This document shows, piece by piece, positions 9,062 through 17,995 of a stretch of 64,000 nucleotides of DNA (the stretch's first letter is position 1; each line of letters opens with the position of its first letter). The stretch lies in sequence record KJ019103.1, one strand, 5' to 3'. A model generated the notes under the pieces. It had not been told where the DNA came from. It saw nothing but the letters and a program-made list of their open reading frames with translations, and did not search any database. The position numbers were made by a program, and so were the translations under genes.

Positions 9062-9210
9062 AGATCGAAATTGAACTCTCTAAAGATGTAGAATACAAAG
9101 GAGAGAAACTAGGTGAGTATATCTGGAACCTAGAAGAGGGAATTAATCATGTTACTGGTTTTGGTGATTCACTTGAGGAATGTTTTAAGGAAATTGTGAG
9201 GTTTAGATGA
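9058..9210 (+). CDS. Small hypothetical protein (50 aa); not in the ORF track
   Basis: ATGA overlaps at both ends; MKIEIELSKDVEYKGEKLGEYIWNLEEGINHVTGFGDSLEECFKEIVRFR. Confidence 0.65.
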   Translation: MKIEIELSKDVEYKGEKLGEYIWNLEEGINHVTGFGDSLEECFKEIVRFR

Positions 9211-9938
9211 AGAAAGTAGCTATTATCTTTATTGGAACAGGTAGATACCTAGAGTTTCTACCAAAGTATTATGAACAGGCAGAAGCAAACCTCTTCCCTG
9301 ACAGACCCAAACACTACTATGTGTTTACTGATGGTGACTTAGGTAATGAACTACCTGACAATGTAACTGTATACGAACAGGAACATCTCCAATGGCCATA
9401 CATCACCCTCTATCGTTTCGGTATTATCCAGAAACACCTAGAGGAGATTGAGAAGGAGTGTGGTTTCCTACTCTTTATGGATGCTGATACACAGGTAGTA
9501 TCCCCTGTATCGTTCGATGAAGTATTCAGGAAGGGAAAACCCTATACAGGTGTTCATCACCCCTGCCACGCCCTGAATATGCCACCACACAATGAGTTTC
9601 CTGGTAGTCTAGAAACTAATACAGCATCCAAGGCAGCATGTAAACCTGGTGATGACTTCTCTGTATATTGGCAAGGTTGTGTATGGGGTGGAAACATAAA
9701 GGGTGCTCGTAAGATTATTGATACTCTCCACCACAGAACTAAACAAGATGAGGAGAATGGAATCATTGCCAAGTGGCATGATGAAAGTCATATCAATAGA
9801 TACTTCCTTGACAACAAAGATAAGGTGAATACCCTATCACCTAGTTTCGCATACCCAGAGTCCTTCACTGAGTATATGGAAGACTACGAACCTAAGATTG
9901 TACACCTAGCAAAAGAGAATTCTAAGTATCAGGTATGA
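9207..9938 (+). CDS. GT6 family glycosyltransferase (ABO/alpha-1,3-Gal(NAc) transferase-like)
   Basis: KVAIIFIGTGRY, YYVFTD, FMDAD (DxD), GVHHP, YWQGCVWGG and KWHDESHINRY. Confidence 0.9.
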   Translation: MKKVAIIFIGTGRYLEFLPKYYEQAEANLFPDRPKHYYVFTDGDLGNELPDNVTVYEQEHLQWPYITLYRFGIIQKHLEEIEKECGFLLFMDADTQVVSPVSFDEVFRKGKPYTGVHHPCHALNMPPHNEFPGSLETNTASKAACKPGDDFSVYWQGCVWGGNIKGARKIIDTLHHRTKQDEENGIIAKWHDESHINRYFLDNKDKVNTLSPSFAYPESFTEYMEDYEPKIVHLAKENSKYQV

Positions 9939-10558
9939 GTTACTTCACAGATTATGACAACGAATTCACAGTATTCGAGGCACCAAAGAACGGGGGAACT
10001 ACTCTCCGTCTTTGGATATACTACGCAGGAACAGGGGAGTTGGTGAAGTCAGCGGAGTCTGAATACTACGCTGGCACTGGAGAAACATACAAACAACTCC
10101 AAGAGTGGGGTTATGTGAATGGGGAATACGAGAACCCCAAGACCCAGATGGTATGTATCAAGAGAGACCCTGTAGATAGGTTTGTAAGTGCCTTCTATGA
10201 TAAGGTAATCAAAGAGGGGAGAATCAAAGTAACCATCGATGAGTTTCTCTCAAACTATGAAGAGATACTTGATAAGTCTACCCTCAAGATGAATGATGGT
10301 AAGACTAACTTCATGAAGTTTCACTTTGAGTCACAGACATATCACTTTGGTAAAGATAGAGATCTATATCATAAGGTCTTTGATATCTCAGAGGTTGGTA
10401 CTGGTCTGAAGAAGTATCTGGAGAGTAAGTGGAATATAGAACTACCTGATGTCCATGCTAGAAATAGTGGTGGTGGTAGAAAGTTTGATCTCTCCAGGGG
10501 ACAACTGAATAAGGTGAAGGAAATCTACACACAGGACTATTATAATGGCTGGTACTGA
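9935..10558 (+). CDS. Sulfotransferase family 2-like protein
   Basis: PAPS-binding-like motifs APKNGGTT and KRDPVDRFVSAF. Confidence 0.75.
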   Translation: MSYFTDYDNEFTVFEAPKNGGTTLRLWIYYAGTGELVKSAESEYYAGTGETYKQLQEWGYVNGEYENPKTQMVCIKRDPVDRFVSAFYDKVIKEGRIKVTIDEFLSNYEEILDKSTLKMNDGKTNFMKFHFESQTYHFGKDRDLYHKVFDISEVGTGLKKYLESKWNIELPDVHARNSGGGRKFDLSRGQLNKVKEIYTQDYYNGWY

Positions 10559-11330
10559 AGGATATATCCTGATAGGTATTGGTGATAGGTATCTACAGAT
10601 GACAGAGAACCTCACTAAAACTCTAAAGAAACATGGAGATAATAGAGGATCCCTAACTATCACAAGATCGGATAATAGGGAACTCTATAGTGAGTGCAAC
10701 ACTGAGTTTGAGAGGAATGGAACTCTACCTAAGATTACCTTAGATAGATACCTACCTTTTGATCACAATATATTCCTAGATGCTGATATGTTATGTGTAG
10801 GTGATACACAACATGTATGGGATCTATTCAGGAGTAGTGATCAGTTTGTTCAACAGGTAGGATGTTTGGGAAGAGATCCTAACTTCCACGCTCACCAGTA
10901 TGAGAGTGAGTTGGGTTTTGAGATTCCTAGAGTCCATGGTGGTTGTATCTACATCAATAGAGAGAAACTAGACCCAGAGTTCTTTCCCTATATGAGAGAG
11001 TGTTTCCTAAACTATAAACAAATATTTCATAATAGTGGTCTAACCTATAAGAATAGTAGACCAGACCAACCACTATACGCTCTAGCAAATGGTATGTGGG
11101 GATTCAAACCTGTGGATCTATACACTAACCCTATCATGACTATTGTGAATGATAGTACCCCACCCCCACTAGATAGTGTGTTCTTCAATAAGAAGAGGGG
11201 TCCTAAGTTAGATACTCCTGTTCCCTTTGTTCATGTATTCCGTGGAGAAGAGGGTATGTCTAAGGGTTATACTAGAGGTGACCAGAAGATGTTGTTGTCC
11301 CATTATGATTACTACCTGAACTATGAATAA
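10545..11330 (+). CDS. GT-A fold glycosyltransferase (GT8-like)
   Basis: LPKITL...NIFLDADML (DxD) and DQP motif. Confidence 0.6.
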   Translation: MAGTEGYILIGIGDRYLQMTENLTKTLKKHGDNRGSLTITRSDNRELYSECNTEFERNGTLPKITLDRYLPFDHNIFLDADMLCVGDTQHVWDLFRSSDQFVQQVGCLGRDPNFHAHQYESELGFEIPRVHGGCIYINREKLDPEFFPYMRECFLNYKQIFHNSGLTYKNSRPDQPLYALANGMWGFKPVDLYTNPIMTIVNDSTPPPLDSVFFNKKRGPKLDTPVPFVHVFRGEEGMSKGYTRGDQKMLLSHYDYYLNYE

Positions 11331-12111
11331 AACTATATGGATGTGTTGGTTCCAGGGTTGGGATAAGGCACCAGAGATTACAGAGAAGTGTTTAGAGTCC
11401 TGGAAACACTACAATAGTGATTGGGATATTGTTCTACTAGATGAATCCAACTACAAGGATTACATCTCCATTGATAAAGAACTACCAGGACTGAAGACAA
11501 ACTATATCTCACTGGGTGATATCCTTCGTCTCTTTCTACTAAAAGAGCATGGTGGAGTATGGGCAGATGCAACTATCTTCTGCAACAAACCAGTGGATTG
11601 GGTTTTGGATTATGAGGATTCTTTCATCTTCACCAGGAAGGATAAGATGATTGCCTCTTGGTTTGTTGCTGCTCAGAAAGATTCTCATGTTGTAGATGTA
11701 TGGTATAATAAGATGTTAGAGTTCTGGAAGTATCGTATGGAAAATACAGATACTTTCGAGCAACAATATGGTTGGATACACGCTTTGTTCCGTCAGTCCT
11801 ACGCTCAGGATAAGGGGTTCAGGGATATTGTAGATAGTATGGATAAGATTGATTGCATGAGTGATGGTCAATCTAGAGGTAAGGGTCCGCACTTCTTTGC
11901 ACCCTACAGTAAATACTTCTACAACCCTATCAGTGACACGATAAAGAATCGTATAGACTCTAAAGTTGATCCACTATATAAGTTGTCTTACAAGGCAAAC
12001 ACAGACTGGAGAAGTCCAGAGAACAGGGGTATCCACCCAGCAGACCAAAAGATTATGTTGGAATATCCAACTAATAGTGAACTACATTATCTACTCAACA
12101 CATTAAAATGA
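11323..12111 (+). CDS. Capsular polysaccharide synthesis protein (Caps_synth/GT32-like glycosyltransferase)
   Basis: IWMCWFQG..APE...C, DILRLFLLKEHGGVWADAT. Confidence 0.85.
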   Translation: MNKTIWMCWFQGWDKAPEITEKCLESWKHYNSDWDIVLLDESNYKDYISIDKELPGLKTNYISLGDILRLFLLKEHGGVWADATIFCNKPVDWVLDYEDSFIFTRKDKMIASWFVAAQKDSHVVDVWYNKMLEFWKYRMENTDTFEQQYGWIHALFRQSYAQDKGFRDIVDSMDKIDCMSDGQSRGKGPHFFAPYSKYFYNPISDTIKNRIDSKVDPLYKLSYKANTDWRSPENRGIHPADQKIMLEYPTNSELHYLLNTLK

Positions 12112-13013
12112 CAAATAAATCATTGGTTACCGGTGGCGCGGGTTTCATCGGGTCACATATTGTGGACCGACTTATTACACTAGGACATCAAGTCGTAGTG
12201 ATTGACAATGAATCCTCTGATGGTCATGATGAATACCATTGGAACAGAAGCGGACAAGTACAAAACCATAAGGCAGACATTCGTGACTACGATGCAATCA
12301 AACACTTGTTTGGTGGAGTCAATAATGTTTTTCACCTTGCCGCTAAAGCATCAGTACAGGCGTCAGTAGATAACCCCCTACCAACTATTGCCACACAGGT
12401 AATGGGAACCGCCAATGTATTGGAGGCAGCACGACAATCTGGTGTGAGTAAGTTTGTATATTCCTCTACTAGTGCTTGTTATGGTAACAACAACCCCATT
12501 CCTAATGTAGAAACGATGAGAGAAGATCCTCTCAACGCCTATGCTATTGGTAAGTTATCTGGGGAACAACTAGTTCGTGCCTATCACTACCTCTATGGTA
12601 TGAAGACGGTGGCATTCCGTTATACCAATGTATATGGGGAGAGGGCAAGACATGTAGGACACTATGCTCCTGCTGTTAGTAAGTTCCTAAAGATGAGAGC
12701 ACAGGGAGAACCCCTAACTATCTTTGGTGATGGTGCCCAACGCCGGGACTTTATTCATGTATCTGATGTAGTCAACGCTAACTGCTGTATTACCTATGAG
12801 GAACTAGAGCAGTGGGGTGAGACCTATAACATTGGTTATGGTAAGAACTGGAGTATCCAAGAGATCGCAGACTCTATCAGTCAGGAACAGATTCACCTAT
12901 CTGCTCGTACTGGTGAGATGCGTGAGACGCTTGCTGATATTGGGAAGGCAAAGGCAGAGTTGATGTGGAAACCAAAGACTGACATCATGGATTGGATTAG
13001 GGTACAACTCTGA
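12108..13013 (+). CDS. NAD-dependent nucleotide-sugar epimerase/dehydratase (UDP-Glc/GlcNAc 4-epimerase-like)
   Basis: VTGGAGFIGSH, YxxxK (YAIGK) and IFGDGAQRRDFIHVSDVV. Confidence 0.9.
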   Translation: MTNKSLVTGGAGFIGSHIVDRLITLGHQVVVIDNESSDGHDEYHWNRSGQVQNHKADIRDYDAIKHLFGGVNNVFHLAAKASVQASVDNPLPTIATQVMGTANVLEAARQSGVSKFVYSSTSACYGNNNPIPNVETMREDPLNAYAIGKLSGEQLVRAYHYLYGMKTVAFRYTNVYGERARHVGHYAPAVSKFLKMRAQGEPLTIFGDGAQRRDFIHVSDVVNANCCITYEELEQWGETYNIGYGKNWSIQEIADSISQEQIHLSARTGEMRETLADIGKAKAELMWKPKTDIMDWIRVQL

Positions 13014-13630
13014 TGCCAGTATTTCAGAAGGACAACAAGAAAGTTCTATTCATCCATGTTCCCAAGACTGCAGGAAGTTCTGTGAATAAACTCTTTGTGA
13101 ATAATGGATATGAAATGTCCTACTATTCTGAGAGTTCTAAAGATCTATACAATGGATTATGTGGACCACAACATCTGGACTCACTTCTATTGGAAGATGA
13201 GTTCCAAGATTTCTCTCAGTTTGATTATATCTTCTCTATCTTCAGAGACCCAGTAGACAGACATCTATCTGAGTTCACCTGGGCACCCTGGGGACTAATG
13301 GGTAGAAACATCTACACACCAGAAAGATTTGATGAGTGGTGTCCTAAGATATTCAGAGCGTATCAGGACTCACCATATAGGATGGATAATCACATTAGAC
13401 CTCAACATGAGTTCTATGTCAATGGATGTGATGTGTATGACTATGAAAATATCAATACACTCACAGAGAAACTATGTGATAAAATAGGTCTAGATAATAA
13501 AGAGATGCCATATGAAAGGTCTTCACGATATGATAGTGAGGATTATGTCATCTATGAAGATACTTACAATTGTATTACTGAATTTTACAAAGGAGACTAT
13601 CAATGGCAAAAGGATTCAGTCCTGTTGTGA
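13013..13630 (+). CDS. Sulfotransferase family 2 protein
   Basis: LFIHVPKTAGSSV and FSIFRDPVDR. Confidence 0.8.
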   Translation: MPVFQKDNKKVLFIHVPKTAGSSVNKLFVNNGYEMSYYSESSKDLYNGLCGPQHLDSLLLEDEFQDFSQFDYIFSIFRDPVDRHLSEFTWAPWGLMGRNIYTPERFDEWCPKIFRAYQDSPYRMDNHIRPQHEFYVNGCDVYDYENINTLTEKLCDKIGLDNKEMPYERSSRYDSEDYVIYEDTYNCITEFYKGDYQWQKDSVLL

Positions 13631-14481
13631 CTAAGGATAAGAACAAGTCCCAGTTCAAACTACAGGGTGTTCCTAGGATTTACTACATCAGTTTAGATGA
13701 TCATGCTCATCGTCAAGACTATATGGAGTCCCAGTTTGAAGACTGGGGCATCACTAACTTCGAAAGAATCTCTGCTCATGATGGTAGAGGTGATAATGAT
13801 CTGAGTGATATTCTCAAAGGATCTTATCCAAAGATGATGACTTCTGGTGAGGTTGGTTGTGTGACCTCTCACCTAAAGGCACTCAAACACTGGTTAGATA
13901 CTACAGAGGATGAAGAGTTTCTCCTTATGATGGAGGATGATTGTGATATCTCCACTGCTGCCCACTGGGGTTTCTCCTGGAGGGAGTTTGTTGGGAATGT
14001 TCCATCCCATGTAGATTGTGTTCAGTTGGCAGTTATCAATCCAGCAGAACTACACATCAAAATCCATATCAGGTTTGTGAATGATTTCTCCACTGCCTCA
14101 TACCTAATCCGTAGATCACACGCGGAGAAGTTAGTTAGACTCTATTGTAGGGGTGATAAGTATAAACTTGATAGTGATATCAAACCCAGAGCAGTTGCTG
14201 ACGATCTTATCTACAACTCTGGTGTGACTCTTGCTATGCCACTGTTTGCATACAAGATCGCACTAGGTTCCAGTATCCATGATGTCCATATCAATACCTT
14301 CCACAAGAGTAGTCATGATGGTATCTGGGAGTTTTGGAAGAAAACAGCACCAACTATTGATAACTGGAAACCATTCTTCAACTATGATGCCTATCTGGGA
14401 ACCCTACCACCCAATGTTGTGGTTCAACAATGGCAGCAAAAACAGGAATCCAAGGCAAAAGATTCAGGGGCTTCGCAATAG
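13603..14481 (+). CDS. GT25 glycosyltransferase
   Basis: IYYISLD...RQDYM, FERISAHDG, GEVGCVTSHLKA and MMEDD. Confidence 0.85.
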   Translation: MAKGFSPVVTKDKNKSQFKLQGVPRIYYISLDDHAHRQDYMESQFEDWGITNFERISAHDGRGDNDLSDILKGSYPKMMTSGEVGCVTSHLKALKHWLDTTEDEEFLLMMEDDCDISTAAHWGFSWREFVGNVPSHVDCVQLAVINPAELHIKIHIRFVNDFSTASYLIRRSHAEKLVRLYCRGDKYKLDSDIKPRAVADDLIYNSGVTLAMPLFAYKIALGSSIHDVHINTFHKSSHDGIWEFWKKTAPTIDNWKPFFNYDAYLGTLPPNVVVQQWQQKQESKAKDSGASQ

Positions 14482-14525
14482 AACATATATATGTTATAAT
14501 ATTTACATTCACCCATGAGGTTATT

Positions 14526-14645
14526 ATGAAATTTGGTTTTACCCCCGAAGCAGAAATCCTAAACGCTCGTTTGGCAATGTTGGGATTCGTTATCGCCGTA
14601 GGCACTTACTTGACCACAGGTCAGATTATTCCAGGAGTTCTTTGA
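14526..14645 (+). CDS. hli: High-light-inducible protein (HLIP)
   Basis: [22 protein letters not shown] contains the chlorophyll-binding ExxNxRxAMxG motif. Confidence 0.92.
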   Translation: MKFGFTPEAEILNARLAMLGFVIAVGTYLTTGQIIPGVL

Positions 14646-14938
14646 TGGCGTTTTCTGTAACACTTAGATCACCTACTGGTGAAGATAAAGTTGTAACAGT
14701 GGAGGGAGATCAATACATCCTAGATGCCGCAGAGGAAGCGGGTGTAGATCTCCCATATTCATGTAGAGCTGGTGCTTGTTCATCCTGTGCAGGTAAGATT
14801 GTATCTGGAAAGGTGAATCAAGAAGACCAGTCATTCTTAGATGATGATCAGATCGAAGCAGGTTTCGCACTCTTATGTGTATCTTATGCCGAATCTGATT
14901 GTGTGATTGAGACGGAAAAAGAGGAAACCCTTTACTGA
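14645..14938 (+). CDS. petF: Plant-type 2Fe-2S ferredoxin
   Basis: [13 protein letters not shown]...LLC. Confidence 0.97.
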   Translation: MAFSVTLRSPTGEDKVVTVEGDQYILDAAEEAGVDLPYSCRAGACSSCAGKIVSGKVNQEDQSFLDDDQIEAGFALLCVSYAESDCVIETEKEETLY

Positions 14939-14943
14939 GACTG

Positions 14944-15093
14944 ATGTCTAATCCAAACGCTCTATATGAAGATATGGAGAAACTGAATGCCCTCTACGAA
15001 GAACTTTGTTGGGGGCATAACGATGAACTACAATTTTCCCATGACGGGGAGAGCATTATTATTACCAATAAAACCCAGGAGAAACAAAAATGA
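14944..15093 (+). CDS. Small hypothetical protein (49 aa) between petF and hli; not in the ORF track
   Basis: MSNPNALYEDMEKLNALYEELCWGHNDEL...; stop overlaps the hli start (ATGA). Confidence 0.65.
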   Translation: MSNPNALYEDMEKLNALYEELCWGHNDELQFSHDGESIIITNKTQEKQK

Positions 15094-15299
15094 CAGTAAC
15101 AACTGAAGACGGCGGACGCACAAACATGTACGCCACTGAACCCACTATGTTTATTGATCCTTCTTACACTGAGAAGTATGGTTTAGAAACACACGCGGAA
15201 CGAGCTGAAACAGCAAACGGGCGTTGGGCAATGATTGGATTTGTTTCTGGTATTGTATCCTATGTTATTACTGGTAACTTCTTCTTTGGTGTTATCTAA
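15090..15299 (+). CDS. hli: High-light-inducible protein (long type)
   Basis: AETANGRWAMIGF motif. Confidence 0.9.
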   Translation: MTVTTEDGGRTNMYATEPTMFIDPSYTEKYGLETHAERAETANGRWAMIGFVSGIVSYVITGNFFFGVI

Positions 15300-15303
15300 T
15301 ATT

Positions 15304-15334
15304 AGAAGGAGGGTTTGATACCCTCCTTTTTTTG
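15304..15334 (+). terminator. Rho-independent terminator
   Basis: agaaggaggg-tttgata-ccctccttttttt. Confidence 0.8.
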
Positions 15335-15340
15335 TGCTCC

Positions 15341-15348
15341 TATAAATA
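15341..15348 (+). promoter_or_regulatory. T4-type late promoter TATAAATA
   Basis: Exact gp55 consensus upstream of the tail fibre gene. Also at 24353, 25118, 26337, 28475, 46455 and 58658. Confidence 0.75.
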
Positions 15349-15380
15349 CCTTTTAGGCACCCACACACCTTCGTATCAAA

Positions 15381-17795
15381 ATGGCATTTAAGATTAATGG
15401 CGTAGTACGCATTGATAATAGTGGCAACGGTTTTCTGGGAATTGTAACCGCTACCGACGCTAATATCACAGGAGTTCTCACTGCCACTGAGGTGGATGCG
15501 AAAGTATCATCTAAGGCAATAACTGAACAAACAGATGGAACCGTAGATGATGTAACTGGTGCAGATGAACTATTACTATTAGATGCTGAGACTGGTGGAT
15601 TACTAAGAGTATCAATAGATGAGTTCGTGCAGGGTTCAGGCATTGGAACTCTAGTAACGGACTTTGATAACTTAACTGTTACTGGTATCACAACCGTTGC
15701 CACCCTCAAAGGTATTGGATCTAATAACATCAGTGTAGGGAGCACACTTTCCTTTGCTGATGGTACAGAGATCATCATGGGTGACTCTGGTGACTTCAGT
15801 ATTCATCATGATGGTGACCATACTTACCTAGATGAGACGGGGCAGGGTAATCTAAAACTCCGTACAAATAACTTTAGAGTAACAAATATAGCAGAAACAA
15901 AACCAGCTATTACAGCACAGGTTACTTCTGGTGTTGAGTTGTATTTTGATGGTAATAAGAAGATAGAAACTACAAATACTGGTGTTCTTGTGAGTGGTAT
16001 GCTCACTGCTGATAGATTAAGATCAGGTGATATTGCTGCTAGAAATGTAATCACACTGGGTATTACCACTATCCAAGATCATTTGGAAGTGAATGATAGT
16101 ACTGGTTCTGGTACCGAATACAATCTCAATGTTAAGACCAATGGTAGTTCTACCTTTGGTGTCTTAGGTAATGGAAATATTCTACTTGGAAACAGTTCCG
16201 GTGCTCCATTCATGGCGACGAATGATCACCACGCAACTTCCAAGAAGTATGTGGATGATGCTATTGATGATTCCGTCAGCTACATCGGTGCTAGTGCTTG
16301 GGGTTCTTTTAATTCTGACGGGACGACTGAAGGTGCTTTCAACTGTAGTGCAACTAGAGGATCAGCAGGGGAATACGTGGTTACCTTTACCACTGCATTG
16401 TCTGATTCGGATTATGCAGTGAACGCCACTAGTAATGGCTCTAGTAATTATGACGTTTTTATTGATAATAAAGCAACGACAGGTTTTACAGTAAGCACTA
16501 GAAATGCGTTAAGTGCAAACGCCGGTGATCAGGCTTTTTGTGTATCCATCCACGGTGCTAATGCAATTGCACCGCCGTCAGGCGTAGGCGCTGACGCCTG
16601 GGGAACATTCTCTGGAACGACTGGCGACCTGCAAGCTGGGATGAATATCAGCTCAACTACACGTACTGCCCTAGGAGAATATGACGTAGAATTTATAACC
16701 GAGATGCCTTCGGACTCAGAATATGCCGTAACCGCAGTATCTAATGCAAGTCAAGCAAAGTTTATTAATATACGCAATAAGTCTACAAGTGGTTTTAAGG
16801 TTGTAACTAGAGATGGTTCTGGAAATATTTCTGACGGAGCCGTATCCTTTGCCGTCCACGCATCATCAACAGTCACGCCAACCTATACCTGGACACGCGA
16901 CGGCACAACGCTTAAGCCTGCTAATGATGGTGATGATGTAGAGGTGAACGGTCGGGGCCTTTTCGAAAGCAGCCAGCCGGCTGACTATGTTGTGAGAGTA
17001 AAAAACACCGACACAGGTACTATCAATCCCGCATGTTTGCTGCTGGACATGCGAGATGTTGACGCTTCTAATAATTATTCAGCCTTAAGGGTAGTAGGTT
17101 ACAACACTACAACAGGTCTTGATATAAATTCAGACGGCGCTATCACGGCTCAGGGGCAGATAACCGCAAACGTCAGTAACCAAGGCGGAGAGAATAGTGC
17201 AATCAAGGCAATTCAAACCAACTCCAACGGGTATGCGGTATGGGTTGGTGATGGACCTAACTCTACAGATAGAACCGCTTCTATAGGCCCTGATGGAAGA
17301 GCCACGTTTTCCTCCGGCAAAATTTCGCTGGGTCCGACCGGCTCGGGGACGTTTGCAGACAATAACATCTTCCTGCAGTCGGACGGACAAGTCAGATGCA
17401 CGAACGTAATTACATCTTCAGCTTTGGCAGGCTCAGGCACCAGACCATTATATGTCGACTCATCTGGTGGTTTAACTATCAGCTCTTCTGATCGTAGTTT
17501 GAAGACGAACATCACTACTCTTCCTGATCAGATACAAGTAGTCAAAGCATTAAATCCCGTTTCGTTTAATTGGATAGAGAAAGAAAGACTAGGTGCAGGT
17601 CTTGAAATTGGATTTATTGCTCAAGAAGTAGAAGAAATCGTTCCTGAGGTTGTTCGTAGCACTGCCGGAATACTTTCAGTAGATTATGCAAAATTAACCG
17701 CAACTTTAACGTCTGCCCTACAGGCAGCACTCACCCGCATCGAAGCCCTCGAAGCGAAAGTCCAATCACTCGAAGAAGGTGTGACACCTGACTAA
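15381..17795 (+). CDS. Tail fibre protein with C-terminal intramolecular chaperone (peptidase S74)
   Basis: Gly/Thr-rich fibre repeats, two tandem AWGxF...GEYxVxF domains, and SDRSLKTNI...IGFIAQEV...VDYAKL plus a coiled coil. Confidence 0.85.
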   Translation: MAFKINGVVRIDNSGNGFLGIVTATDANITGVLTATEVDAKVSSKAITEQTDGTVDDVTGADELLLLDAETGGLLRVSIDEFVQGSGIGTLVTDFDNLTVTGITTVATLKGIGSNNISVGSTLSFADGTEIIMGDSGDFSIHHDGDHTYLDETGQGNLKLRTNNFRVTNIAETKPAITAQVTSGVELYFDGNKKIETTNTGVLVSGMLTADRLRSGDIAARNVITLGITTIQDHLEVNDSTGSGTEYNLNVKTNGSSTFGVLGNGNILLGNSSGAPFMATNDHHATSKKYVDDAIDDSVSYIGASAWGSFNSDGTTEGAFNCSATRGSAGEYVVTFTTALSDSDYAVNATSNGSSNYDVFIDNKATTGFTVSTRNALSANAGDQAFCVSIHGANAIAPPSGVGADAWGTFSGTTGDLQAGMNISSTTRTALGEYDVEFITEMPSDSEYAVTAVSNASQAKFINIRNKSTSGFKVVTRDGSGNISDGAVSFAVHASSTVTPTYTWTRDGTTLKPANDGDDVEVNGRGLFESSQPADYVVRVKNTDTGTINPACLLLDMRDVDASNNYSALRVVGYNTTTGLDINSDGAITAQGQITANVSNQGGENSAIKAIQTNSNGYAVWVGDGPNSTDRTASIGPDGRATFSSGKISLGPTGSGTFADNNIFLQSDGQVRCTNVITSSALAGSGTRPLYVDSSGGLTISSSDRSLKTNITTLPDQIQVVKALNPVSFNWIEKERLGAGLEIGFIAQEVEEIVPEVVRSTAGILSVDYAKLTATLTSALQAALTRIEALEAKVQSLEEGVTPD

Positions 17796-17837
17796 CTGGC
17801 ACAGGGGGTTGGCACCCTGGGGAATCTGTGTTATAAT
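17794..17837 (+). promoter_or_regulatory. psbA promoter TTGGCA-17bp-TATAAT with ACTGGCAC box, followed by late-like ATAAATA
   Basis: -35 at 17809-17814, TGT-TATAAT at 17829-17837, ATAAATA at 17844-17850. Confidence 0.7.
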
Positions 17838-17883
17838 AAACACATAAATAAGAAATGTAACGTTCTTATTACAACACTTCCAT

Positions 17884-17955
17884 CTAACCGAGACCTACGG
17901 GGAAGTAAAATACGTCTCTAATACCTACACCGGAGGGTGGTGTAGGAATAATACT
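17884..17955 (+). ncRNA. PhotoRC-II-like cis-regulatory RNA in the psbA leader
   Basis: Pairings gagac/gtctc and cctacacc-ggag-ggtggtgtagg in the psbA 5' UTR resemble, from memory, the cyanophage PhotoRC-II motif. Confidence 0.6.
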
Positions 17956-17995
17956 ATCGTCAGCTCCCCCTGGCACTACTTACCCTTTTTACACA

